Shown here: positions 1 to 8,708 of the stretch, piece by piece
Layout of the letters: every line of letters starts with the position of its first letter
Numbering within the stretch: position 1 is the stretch's first letter
Assembly: GCA_964244115.1 (NCBI GenBank)
Contig: CAXTHM010000012.1
Location: 1,426-52,573 of the forward strand
Source of the DNA: an uncultured Thermomicrobiales bacterium
Lineage (GTDB): Bacteria > Chloroflexota > Chloroflexia > Thermomicrobiales > UBA6265
Length of the DNA stretch: 51,148 nt
Direction of reading: 5' to 3'
Position numbers and translations under genes: made by a program
Notes under the pieces: generated by a model
Seen by the model: only the letters and a program-made list of their open reading frames with translations
Database searches by the model: none
Told to the model about the DNA's origin: nothing

Positions 1-3
1 CAT
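1..3 (-). CDS. Start codon of the next gene running off the window, probably SecF
   Basis: ATG on the minus strand at 1-3, preceded by a GAGGA RBS, 60 bp downstream of secD. The secF identity is inferred only from the usual secD-secF order. Confidence 0.5.
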
Positions 4-63
4 GGGTGAGATCCTCAGTGCGCCGCGGGGCGGTCGGGTCGCCGTGGTGTCAGGCTCGAACGG

Positions 64-1575
64 CTAGTCGCCGGTCGCGCCGCTCGGGGCGGAGGTGAGG
101 GCGCTGGCCTCGCGCCGCTCGACGCCGAGCAGCCAGGGGTCGCGGACGCGGCCGGAGGAGATCATCACCCGCATGAAGTTGCGCGTGATCGTGATCGCCG
201 TCAGGAGGCTGACCAGGACGCCGATGGCGAGCGTGATCGCGAAGCCGGTCATCAGGGACGTCCCGGTCTGGTCGCCGAAGTACCAGAGGATCGCGCAGGT
301 GATCAGCGTCGAGGCGTTGGAGTCGCGGATCGATGGGAAGGCGTTGCGGAACGCTTGCTCGACGGCCCGGCCGAGGGTGTGGCCGATGCGGAGTTCGTCC
401 CGGAGCCTGGCGAAGATGAGGACGTTGGCGTCGACCGCCATACCGATCGACAGGATGAAGCCCGCGATGCCGGCCAGCGTCAGCGTCACGCCGAACAGCT
501 TGAAGGCGCAGACCGACACCGCCGTGTAGATCAGCAGGGCGACGACCGACAGCAGACCCGGCAGGCGGTAGAAGAAGATCATGAACAGCGCGACCGTCAG
601 GAGGCCGACGATGCCGGCGACCAGGCTGCGGTCGATCGACTCGTCGCCGAGCGAGGCGCCGACGGTGTTGCTGGACTGGACGACCAGCGGGACCTGGAGC
701 GAACCGGCCCGGAGCTGGATCGCGAGGTCGTTGGCCTCTTGGGCCGTCAACCCGCTGACCTGGACGCTGTTGCTCAGGACGTCGTTGATGGTGGCTGAGG
801 AGATCACCGTCTTGTCGACGACGATCGTCATGTACCGGCCGACGTTGTTCCGGGAGAACTCCTGGAGCGCCTCGACCCCGTCACCGCTGATCTGGAAGTT
901 GGTGACGACGCCGCCCAACTGGTCCCGGCCGACGCTGGCATCGGAGATGTCGCGACCCTGGAGGACCGTCGTGTAGACCGGACCGGTCGGCGTGTCCGCG
1001 GCCGGTGTCACGGCGACCGGCGTCCCCGCGGCCGGTGTGCCCGACGTCGGGGTGCCATCCGCCCCGATCGGCGAGACGGTGTCCGGCGTCCCATCGGCGA
1101 CAGGGGTGGCGCCCGGCGTGGCGGCATCGGTCTGGACGCTGGCTGCCGTCCCGAGCGAGGTGTCGACGACGGTCCCCGGCGGGAGGTATTGCCCCTGCGG
1201 GTCGATGACCTCCAGCAGCGCGGTCTGCTGGAGCAGCGCGACGGCCTGGTCCGGATCGCTGACACCGGGCAGCTCGACGAGGATCTGGTCGTTGCCGCGG
1301 GTCGAGATCAGCGGCTCGCTGACGCCGAGCTCGTTGACGCGGCGCTCGACGGTGTCGCGCGTACCGCTCAGCGTGTTGGCATCGACCGTCTGCCCCTCGG
1401 GCGGGTCAGCCTGGAGCAGGACCTGGAGACCGCCCTGGAGGTCGAGGCCGAGATTGATGTCGCGGTCCTGCTTGACGCCGCCGACATCGAGGAAGCTCGA
1501 CGGGAGCGCGAACCAACCGGCGATCAGGCCGAACACGATGATGAGGACGAACGCGATCCGGGGAGGAATGTACAC
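64..1575 (-). CDS. secD: Protein translocase subunit SecD
   Basis: Motifs LGLDLQGG, RRVNELGVSEP, IGMAVDANVLIF and DSNASTL; six C-terminal TM helices. GTG start at 1575 follows an AAGGGG RBS (the ORF track extends to 1698). Confidence 0.97.
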   Translation of the reverse strand: MYIPPRIAFVLIIVFGLIAGWFALPSSFLDVGGVKQDRDINLGLDLQGGLQVLLQADPPEGQTVDANTLSGTRDTVERRVNELGVSEPLISTRGNDQILVELPGVSDPDQAVALLQQTALLEVIDPQGQYLPPGTVVDTSLGTAASVQTDAATPGATPVADGTPDTVSPIGADGTPTSGTPAAGTPVAVTPAADTPTGPVYTTVLQGRDISDASVGRDQLGGVVTNFQISGDGVEALQEFSRNNVGRYMTIVVDKTVISSATINDVLSNSVQVSGLTAQEANDLAIQLRAGSLQVPLVVQSSNTVGASLGDESIDRSLVAGIVGLLTVALFMIFFYRLPGLLSVVALLIYTAVSVCAFKLFGVTLTLAGIAGFILSIGMAVDANVLIFARLRDELRIGHTLGRAVEQAFRNAFPSIRDSNASTLITCAILWYFGDQTGTSLMTGFAITLAIGVLVSLLTAITITRNFMRVMISSGRVRDPWLLGVERREASALTSAPSGATGD

Positions 1576-1684
1576 GCCGAGTACCCCTTGGACAGCCTGA
1601 GGGCCGATGCGCAGGGGCGGACATCTCCCGGCAGGTCCCAATCCAGACATGGTCGAATGTTCGCGCCAGTGGCGGATGGGTCGG

Positions 1685-1714
1685 AGTATAGGAGCCATAC
1701 GGAAGAGGGGTCAA
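1685..1714 (-). promoter_or_regulatory. Sigma70-type promoter for secD
   Basis: TTGACC-N18-TATACT on the minus strand, about 110 bp upstream of the secD start. Confidence 0.6.
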
Positions 1715-1900
1715 ACACAGGTCCGGACAAACCGCGGAATCGAGGTCCGTTCCCCAGCCGTAGCGTGGTAGGACATCCGAACAGACTATCGGTTAGGGGT
1801 CCAACGCCCTTCGGGATTCTCCACGCAGTGATCTCGCTCACCATTCGGAACTGGAACGCGGGGACACGACGGTTTCACTCCGGACTACCTGTCAAACATT

Positions 1901-2386
1901 TCAAAGGCTGGCCGCCCATTCAATCAATTCATCTACTTGTGTCCGAGTCATGCCCACACTCGGATCGGCCTCCAGGAGAAGTGTCGGTTCCTGCCGTCCT
2001 GAAGCCCATGTCCGCGCCTCGTCGGTGATCATGTCATCGATCCACGCCGCGCTCCTGTAAGAGGCAAGGTCCCTGATAGTCTCCAGCTTTCGCCTGGGAT
2101 GGAAAGGCTTCGGGGGCATGGTTGCGGCAGCGACGAAGTCCGGATGATGCAGCACGGTCCTGAGCAGTCGTCGCTCTTCCTCTGTCCAGGCGGTTGCCCA
2201 GATCAGATCGAACGACTCCGACAGGTGGTCTAGCCATCCACCGTGGGCAGTGCAGATTCGGACGGGTTCATCGTCGTCCGGAAGCAGGTCGACCTCCGCG
2301 AACCCTAGCGGGCAAGGGCCAGCGAACGGATTCAGCACACCGTCGATGTCGACGAAGAGGATGGGCCGGCCGTCCGGGATGATCAT
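1901..2386 (-). CDS. HAD-superfamily phosphatase, HAD_SAK_2 (Swiss-army-knife RNA repair)-like
   Basis: LFVDIDGVLN (DxD motif I), WATAW and WIDD; ATG after GAGGAGAGG. Confidence 0.75.
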   Translation of the reverse strand: MIIPDGRPILFVDIDGVLNPFAGPCPLGFAEVDLLPDDDEPVRICTAHGGWLDHLSESFDLIWATAWTEEERRLLRTVLHHPDFVAAATMPPKPFHPRRKLETIRDLASYRSAAWIDDMITDEARTWASGRQEPTLLLEADPSVGMTRTQVDELIEWAASL

Positions 2387-2532
2387 CTCAACCTCTCCTC
2401 CCCAGGCGCCGAGAATGTCACCCACCGTCCATCTCGTCGAACGTTTCCGGAGTTCGGGGACGCAACTGATGCTGCATCCCCGGTTCTCGATCCGTCCGAG
2501 CTTGACCTGCGACTGAATACGACGCCTGTGCG

Positions 2533-2988
2533 CTACCGGTCGTTTTCGAGCAGTTCCAGGATCGTGCCGAGCTGGGCGGTGCCGTCGACGTAGGCGTAGC
2601 GGCCGCCGGTGTACTCGCCGCGCTGCAGCAGCGGGAGGCCGTGGGAGCCGAGGTAGGTGATCTTCTCGCCCATGCCCTCGATCCGGAAGGCGAGGTGGTG
2701 GAGGCTCTCGCCGTGCTGGTCCAGGCCCTCCCGCCAGGTGCTGGACTCACCGATCGGCTGGATCAGTTCGAGGTCGACCTGGCCGAAGTGGAAGAACGCC
2801 AGCTTGGCCCGGGCCTCGGACGGCTGGCCCTGGTGCTCGGTCCGCGCCTTCTCGTAGGTGTCGGTCGTGATGATCTCCGGCATCGGCAGGCCGAGGATCT
2901 CGGACCACGCCTTGGCCTTGGCCTCGATGTCGTGGACGACGATACCGACCTGGGTGATCGTGGTCGTTCCGAGGGCTGGTTCGGTCAT
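2533..2988 (-). CDS. VOC/glyoxalase family protein (methylmalonyl-CoA epimerase-like)
   Basis: QVGIVVHDIE, LELIQP, LHHLAF and ILELLE; AGGAG RBS. Confidence 0.85.
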   Translation of the reverse strand: MTEPALGTTTITQVGIVVHDIEAKAKAWSEILGLPMPEIITTDTYEKARTEHQGQPSEARAKLAFFHFGQVDLELIQPIGESSTWREGLDQHGESLHHLAFRIEGMGEKITYLGSHGLPLLQRGEYTGGRYAYVDGTAQLGTILELLENDR

Positions 2989-3218
2989 CTCGTCACTCCT
3001 GTTCCGCTGGGTCGCTCGATGACGCTTCACCGAGAACGGTTGGTCTCAGGCTCGGAGTGTCCGGCCGCCGACGGGGGCGACCCGTGTTCGGGTTCCCACT
3101 TCGTAACCGGCTCACTGCCGCGCCTCCCTCATCGCCGAATCGCAAGAACGTCTCTCGTTCAGTCACTCGGCCGTCCGGCCGCCCTCGGCCGTGACGGCGA
3201 AGGTGGCCCAACTGGCTG

Positions 3219-4400
3219 CTAACGGGCCTGAGACTGACCCGACGGCATCGTCGCCGCCTCGTGGATCGGCGCGGTGACGGCCGAGATCGCCGGGTTGCGG
3301 AGATCGATCTCCCGGCCGGTCTCGGCCGAGCGGTAGATCGCGTCGAGGATACGAAGGATGTCGAGACCGTGCGTGATCGTCGCGCCCGGCTGGCGCCCGG
3401 CGGCGATGCTGTCGACGAAGTCGGCGACCTCGCCCCGGAACGACTCGTGGAGCATGAAGCCGGGCTGGGCGGCGAGCTGGCTGCGGAACTCCGGCCGGCC
3501 GACCAGCGTCGCGCGGTCCGGTCCGGTGCCACCGGTCGTGTTGATGGACATCCGCTCGTCGCTGCCGGAACCCGGCGTCGAGCTGCGGGTGATCTTGGCG
3601 CCGCCGGACTTCCCGAACAGCTGGGTGTAGATCAGGTCGCTCTCCTCGATGTGAGACATCCAGGAGACGTCCAGCACGATCGTGCCGCCGTTGTCGAGCT
3701 TGACGAAGGCCGTCGCGAGGTCCTCGACATCGACGTCGGTGCCGGTCCGCTGGCTCATCTGCTCATTGAACTCGGAGTAGACCGAGCCCGTCACGCTGAC
3801 CGGGCGGGGGTTGCCCATGAACCAGAGAGCGAGGTCGAGCATGTGGACGCCGAGGTCGATCAGTGGTCCGCCTCCGGAGCGCTCCTTCTGGGTGAACCAG
3901 CCCCGCAGGTTGAACTCGGACGCGCCGCGCAGCCAGCCGGTCTTGGCGTAGTAGATGTCGCCGAGATCGCCGGCGTCGATCTGCCGCTGCAGGACGATGC
4001 TGTCCGGCCGGTAGCGGTTGTTGAGGGCGATCATGAACGCCTGGCCCGGTCGCTCGGCCACCTTCGCCGCCAGACGGAGCCCGTCCTCGAGCGTGTTGGA
4101 GAGCGGCTTCTCCAGCAGGACGTGCTTGCCGGCTTCGAGGGCGTCGATCGCGATCGGGACGTGGAGGAAGTTCGGCGTCGCGATGCTGACGGCGTCCACC
4201 GTGTCGCCGGCCAGCATCTCATGGTAGTCGCCGAAGATCGTGGCGCCCGTGACCTCGTACTGCGCCTTGACCTGCTCGGCCGCCGCGGTGTTGACGTCCG
4301 AGAGGGCGACGATCCGCGCCCCGTCGTGCTTCTGGTAACCCTCGATGTGCCGCTGACCCGGCCAGCCGAGCCCGATGATTCCGACGCGCAGCTTGTCCAT
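3219..4400 (-). CDS. Gfo/Idh/MocA family oxidoreductase
   Basis: VGIIGLG, ATPNFLH, GKHVLLEKP and GGGPLIDLGVHMLD; GGAGG RBS before ATG at 4400. Confidence 0.92.
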   Translation of the reverse strand: MDKLRVGIIGLGWPGQRHIEGYQKHDGARIVALSDVNTAAAEQVKAQYEVTGATIFGDYHEMLAGDTVDAVSIATPNFLHVPIAIDALEAGKHVLLEKPLSNTLEDGLRLAAKVAERPGQAFMIALNNRYRPDSIVLQRQIDAGDLGDIYYAKTGWLRGASEFNLRGWFTQKERSGGGPLIDLGVHMLDLALWFMGNPRPVSVTGSVYSEFNEQMSQRTGTDVDVEDLATAFVKLDNGGTIVLDVSWMSHIEESDLIYTQLFGKSGGAKITRSSTPGSGSDERMSINTTGGTGPDRATLVGRPEFRSQLAAQPGFMLHESFRGEVADFVDSIAAGRQPGATITHGLDILRILDAIYRSAETGREIDLRNPAISAVTAPIHEAATMPSGQSQAR

Positions 4401-4576
4401 GCTTCTCGAAGACCTCCCGGAGATATGACAGATCGCATTCGACGCCGCAGTCTCACGGCTCGACGCGGGCGATGCAACGGCTTGTGTGCTTGCAATGCCC
4501 GCGCCAGTGGCACATCGGCCGGAGACCAGCCGTCTTGAAAGGAGCTTCCCGATCGTTGCGCGACCTCGACTAGGGC

Positions 4577-4689
4577 TGCTGCTCCCTGCTCCGGGCACCT
4601 GCGGAGCCGCAGCGCAGCGAGAGCCGCACGGGGCGGGTGAGCGACGCATGTGCGCCGGAGCGGGACTGGGGAGAGGTCTGCCTCGCGAC
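4577..4689 (+). repeat. Family A structured intergenic repeat (MITE/REP-like), copy 1
   Basis: TGCTGCTCCC..GGGCACCTGCGGAGCCGCAGCGCAGCGAGAGCCGC..GCGGGTGAGCGA..GGAGAGGTCTG, matching the copies at 8481, 23246, 32323 and 32584. Confidence 0.85.
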
Positions 4690-4721
4690 TCGATCGCTGC
4701 GGTGGCACGTCGTGTCGAGGT

Positions 4722-5363
4722 CTATTTCCGATAGAGACCATGATCGGCGATGTAGTCCCGGACGCTGTCCGGGATCAGGTAGCGCACCGGTCGCCCCGCT
4801 CGTACGCGGGCGCGGATCTCATTCGAGGCGATGTCGATCAGCGGGGTGTCGACGACATCGATCCGGCCGGTCGTGGCTGGTACGCGCCGGTTGGCCGACC
4901 CGATGTCGATGTCCCACCCCGGTCGTCGCGCCACGGCCAGCCGGGCCAACGAGACGATGGTGTCAGGGGATCGCCAGGTATGGAAGTCGGCCAGCGAGTC
5001 GCCGCCGATGATGAACCAGCGTTCGGCGTCGGGCTCCCGCTCCCGGAACGTCGCCAGCGTGTCCGCCGTGAAGGATCGGCCCTCGCGGTCGAGTTCCAGC
5101 GTGTCGACGGTGAAGGCGGGGTTTCCGGGGATCGCGAGGCGAAGCATCGCGAGCCGATCGGAGGCGGGCGTGATGAGGGCCGGGTCCTTGTGCGGTGGCA
5201 CACCGGCCGGCACGAAGACGATCCGGTCGAGGTTCAGGCTGGCCTGGATCTGCGCGGCGATGATGAGATGGCCGATGTGGATCGGGTCGAACGTCCCCCC
5301 GTAGATGCCGAGCCGATGGGTCGGAGCCGCCGTCGTCTGATCAGGTGGCGATGTCGGGGGCAC
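4722..5363 (-). CDS. nadD: Nicotinate-nucleotide adenylyltransferase
   Basis: GIYGGTFDPIHIGH, PPHK, IIGGDSL and IASNEIR; start uncertain (5363 or 5390). Confidence 0.95.
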   Translation of the reverse strand: MPPTSPPDQTTAAPTHRLGIYGGTFDPIHIGHLIIAAQIQASLNLDRIVFVPAGVPPHKDPALITPASDRLAMLRLAIPGNPAFTVDTLELDREGRSFTADTLATFREREPDAERWFIIGGDSLADFHTWRSPDTIVSLARLAVARRPGWDIDIGSANRRVPATTGRIDVVDTPLIDIASNEIRARVRAGRPVRYLIPDSVRDYIADHGLYRK

Positions 5364-6144
5364 TCGAAACCTCGCTCTCGGGGAAGGCATCCTGCAGGGC
5401 GCCGATCAGTCGGGTGCGGATCGGCACGTCCGGGTCGTGCCAGACGCTGATGGTGACGGTCGTGCCCGACTCCGTGCGCGCGATCGTCTCGACCACCGGG
5501 TCGGGCCGGCGGAGATCGTCCAGGCTGCTGACGAGGGCCAGCACCTGCCGCTGCGCATCTACCGCCGCCAGGGGCAGTGCCGTGACCTGGAGCCGCGTCC
5601 GCGTGGCGCGGATCGCGGTCCGGTTGGTGACGATCTCGGTGAAGACGATCGAGTTGGGGACGAGGACGAGATCGCCGGTCTCGCTCCGGATCGCGGTCGT
5701 GCGCAACTCGATGTTCTCCAGCCGCCCGCTGATGTCCCGGACCGTGACGCGGTCGCCGATGTTGAACGGCCGTTCGAGCAACAGGTAGATCCCGGCGATC
5801 GTGTTCCGGAGCGTCTCCTGCAGGGCCAGACCGACGGCGAGCGTCGTGACCGAGAGGTAGGCGACCAGGGCGCTGAGGCTGGCCCCGAAGACGGCCAGTA
5901 CGAGGCTGAAGGCCACGACGTAGATCACGATCGCGACGACGTTGGCGAGCAGCGTCGTCAGGTTGACGCCGAGTCGGGCGATCAGTCTCGGCCGCTGGAT
6001 GCGCCGCCGCGCCCAGCCGACCAGCAGGCTGGCCAGGAGGACGATGACGAGGGCCTGCAGCAGCCCGGCGGTCAGCCCGACGAGCCGGTCCCCCAGGTCG
6101 CGCAGTTCCCGTTCGAGCCAGTCGCCGACGGCGTCCCAGTCCAC
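5341..6144 (-). CDS. mscS: Small-conductance mechanosensitive channel family protein
   Basis: Three TM helices, then GLALQETLRN..AG..LLLERPFNIGD and VPNS. Confidence 0.88.
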   Translation of the reverse strand: MDWDAVGDWLERELRDLGDRLVGLTAGLLQALVIVLLASLLVGWARRRIQRPRLIARLGVNLTTLLANVVAIVIYVVAFSLVLAVFGASLSALVAYLSVTTLAVGLALQETLRNTIAGIYLLLERPFNIGDRVTVRDISGRLENIELRTTAIRSETGDLVLVPNSIVFTEIVTNRTAIRATRTRLQVTALPLAAVDAQRQVLALVSSLDDLRRPDPVVETIARTESGTTVTISVWHDPDVPIRTRLIGALQDAFPESEVSSAPDIAT

Positions 6145-6352
6145 GTTCCTGCCCTCTGTGTCGATCTACTCACGGTCCGGCCGGGCGACGAGGCGTCCGT
6201 CGATCGCGGCCCGGCGGATTGTACGCAACCCCGGCGAACAGGGCTGGTGGGCAGCCCGGCTCGCTTCGCCGGACCCGGACGGCCGAGTCGACTGTCGCTG
6301 GTATCATCGTCGCAGCGCGGATTCCGTCCGGGTCGGTGGGGGCAGAGGCAGG

Positions 6353-7204
6353 ATGTTCGACTATCACGTCCACAGCGACTGTTCGGTGGACTGCGACGAG
6401 CCGATGGCGGCGACCTGCCGGGCGGCGATCGCGGCCGGGGTTACCGAGATCGCCTTCACGGACCACGTCGACTTTGAGCCAGCCGACGAGAGTACCGGGT
6501 ACTACGACGCCGAACGCTATTTCAGCGAGCTGGAGCGGGTCCGGGCCGAGTTCGGCGACCGGCTGACGATCCTCGCCGGCGCCGAGGTGGACTTCAACAC
6601 CCGCCGGGCGCACCAGGCCGAGGCGTTCCTCGCCCAGCACCCGTTCGACTTCGTGATCGGCTCGGTCCACTTCTACCTGCCGACCGACGGCGGCGAGGCC
6701 GAGATGGTCTATCCGAGCATCTTCGCCGATCGGACGTCCGACGAGGTCTACACCGCCTATCTCGATCAGGTCCGGGAGGCGGCCGCGACCGGCTGGTTCG
6801 ACACCATCGGCCACATGGACTTCCCGAAACGGTACGCGCCGGACACCCACCGCGACTACGACCCGCTCCGCTACCGGGCGAGCTACGAGGCCGTCTTCCG
6901 GGAGCTGATCCGGACCGGGACCGCCTTCGAGATCAACACGTCGGGTCTGCGCAAGGTCGCCCAGGCCGGACTGCCCGGCCCGGCCGTAGTGCGGTGGTAC
7001 GCGGACGCCGGCGGCACCCGGATCACGACTGGCAGCGATAGCCACGAGGCCGGGACGATCGGGAGCGGTATCCCGACGACGCTCGCCATGCTCGAACTCT
7101 GCGGTATCGATCAGGTCCTGTCGTTCCGGAACCGGGTCGGGACGCCGGTGGCGATCGACGCCCTGCGTTCGATCCATGGGGTGCGCGTCCATGCGACCGC
7201 TTGA
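6353..7204 (+). CDS. PHP-family histidinol-phosphatase (HisJ/HisK-like)
   Basis: DYHVHS, FTDH, GAEVD, IGSVH, GHMD, EINTSG and GSDSH. Confidence 0.88.
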   Translation: MFDYHVHSDCSVDCDEPMAATCRAAIAAGVTEIAFTDHVDFEPADESTGYYDAERYFSELERVRAEFGDRLTILAGAEVDFNTRRAHQAEAFLAQHPFDFVIGSVHFYLPTDGGEAEMVYPSIFADRTSDEVYTAYLDQVREAAATGWFDTIGHMDFPKRYAPDTHRDYDPLRYRASYEAVFRELIRTGTAFEINTSGLRKVAQAGLPGPAVVRWYADAGGTRITTGSDSHEAGTIGSGIPTTLAMLELCGIDQVLSFRNRVGTPVAIDALRSIHGVRVHATA

Positions 7205-8327
7205 CGACCGGTTGGACGCCGCCGGTCGCCGGGGTGATCCCGGGCGGACGGGGCCGGCGACCGACCCGAGACGCTGGAAGCCCTACGACGCGGCGCCCCG
7301 GACCTCGCTCCCCGATCTCGCCGATCTCTACGATCGGCGGCGTCCGGAACTGGACTGGCGGGAAGGGGACCGGACCGACCCGGCCATGGCCATCCCGCTG
7401 TCGGGTCGGTCGCTGGGTGACGATCTGACGGAGCTCGGGACGCGGCACCCACGGCCGGGTCGGCCGACGATCGGCGAGCCGACGATCCTCGATCGCGGTC
7501 AGCAGGCGCTCCGGCACCGGCTCGCCCAGCCTGGCCACACGGTCGGCGTCGCGATCCTGGTCGCCTCACCGTTCCTGCTGTCCGCGCTGATCGCGACGCT
7601 GCTCGGCATCGCCGGGCCACTGCGCGGTGCCGATCAGATCCCGCTCGCGACCGTGCTGGTCCTCGTCTTCCAGGCGGTCATGATGGTGATCTGCTACGTC
7701 CTGCAGCTCACCATCCTGGGCCGGATCTGGCTGCTCAACCTCGTCACCCTGAGCACGTTGATGCCGCTGCTGGCGTTGCAGTCGACGTTCAGCGGCATCC
7801 CCTACGTCTCCCCGACGCGGTCCTCCGCCGAACCGGTGATCCTGACGGCTGTCGTGACGATCATCGTCCTGCTCGTGATCGCGGTCCTGTCCGCCTCGCT
7901 GAGTTATGAGGCACCCGGCGACGCCGCCGTTCTGTTCCTGCCGGCGGCGCTGATCGTGCCGGTCGTGCTCGGCGGGCCCTCGTCGGACATTCCGGATCGC
8001 GGGCTGGCCTCGATCGTCAGCATGGCAGTCGCCGCCGGGATCGCCGCGGCGGGGGCCCAGGTGCTGCCCGAGCGGATCCGTCCTGTGATCGGGCTGGTCG
8101 CGGTCATGGTCGAGCTCGGTGCCCTGTACGCGGCCCGTCGTGGCCCCGCGATCCCGTCCAGCTCCGGCGAGATCGTCTCCATCCTGCTCTGGGCGATCAT
8201 CGGCCTGACGGTCGCGCTGACGGTGATCGTCCCGCTACTCGCGCGCTGGCTCCGCCACGTCGAAGGCGCCGCCCGGCTCTCGACCGTGGCACCACGACCG
8301 GATGATCTCCGGGCCCGCCGATCATAG
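7191..8327 (+). CDS. Hypothetical multi-pass membrane protein with a charged N-terminal cytoplasmic region
   Basis: About 8 hydrophobic segments after about 115 polar residues; overlaps the PHP gene stop; host-like codon usage. Confidence 0.75.
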   Translation: MRPLDDRLDAAGRRGDPGRTGPATDPRRWKPYDAAPRTSLPDLADLYDRRRPELDWREGDRTDPAMAIPLSGRSLGDDLTELGTRHPRPGRPTIGEPTILDRGQQALRHRLAQPGHTVGVAILVASPFLLSALIATLLGIAGPLRGADQIPLATVLVLVFQAVMMVICYVLQLTILGRIWLLNLVTLSTLMPLLALQSTFSGIPYVSPTRSSAEPVILTAVVTIIVLLVIAVLSASLSYEAPGDAAVLFLPAALIVPVVLGGPSSDIPDRGLASIVSMAVAAGIAAAGAQVLPERIRPVIGLVAVMVELGALYAARRGPAIPSSSGEIVSILLWAIIGLTVALTVIVPLLARWLRHVEGAARLSTVAPRPDDLRARRS

Positions 8328-8417
8328 CGATCCTGAGACGATGGTCCGTTCCCGTCCGGCAGGACATCAGCGCTGTTGCTCCGGGCCAGGCCGAACAGGC
8401 TGCGATGGCAGCGCTCG

Positions 8418-8587
8418 GGTGGCGGAGCAGATCTCTCATACGAAATCCGGGTTGAAGCTTGGTGCGTGACCGCAGGTGCGTGCTGCTCCCCGCTCTGGGC
8501 ACCTGCGAGCCGCAGCGCAGCGAGCGCCGCGTCAGCGGGTGAGCGAGCAGGTTCACCCCGGCTGGTGGAGAGGTCTGCTCCGCCACC
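8418..8587 (+). repeat. Family A repeat, copy 2, bounded by 20-bp inverted ends
   Basis: GGTGGCGGAGCAGATCTCTC (8418-8437) and GAGAGGTCTGCTCCGCCACC (8568-8587), 1 mismatch; the body matches the reverse complement of 23246-23390. Confidence 0.85.
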
Positions 8588-8708
8588 GAGGGGTCACGGG
8601 TCCACCGACCGTTTACCCGGAATCCGTATCAGACGACGTGGAACAGCCGGGCCGAAGGAGCATCTGCTCCCTCACCCGGCTGTTCCCCTCTCGCACGATG
8701 CTCCGGAG

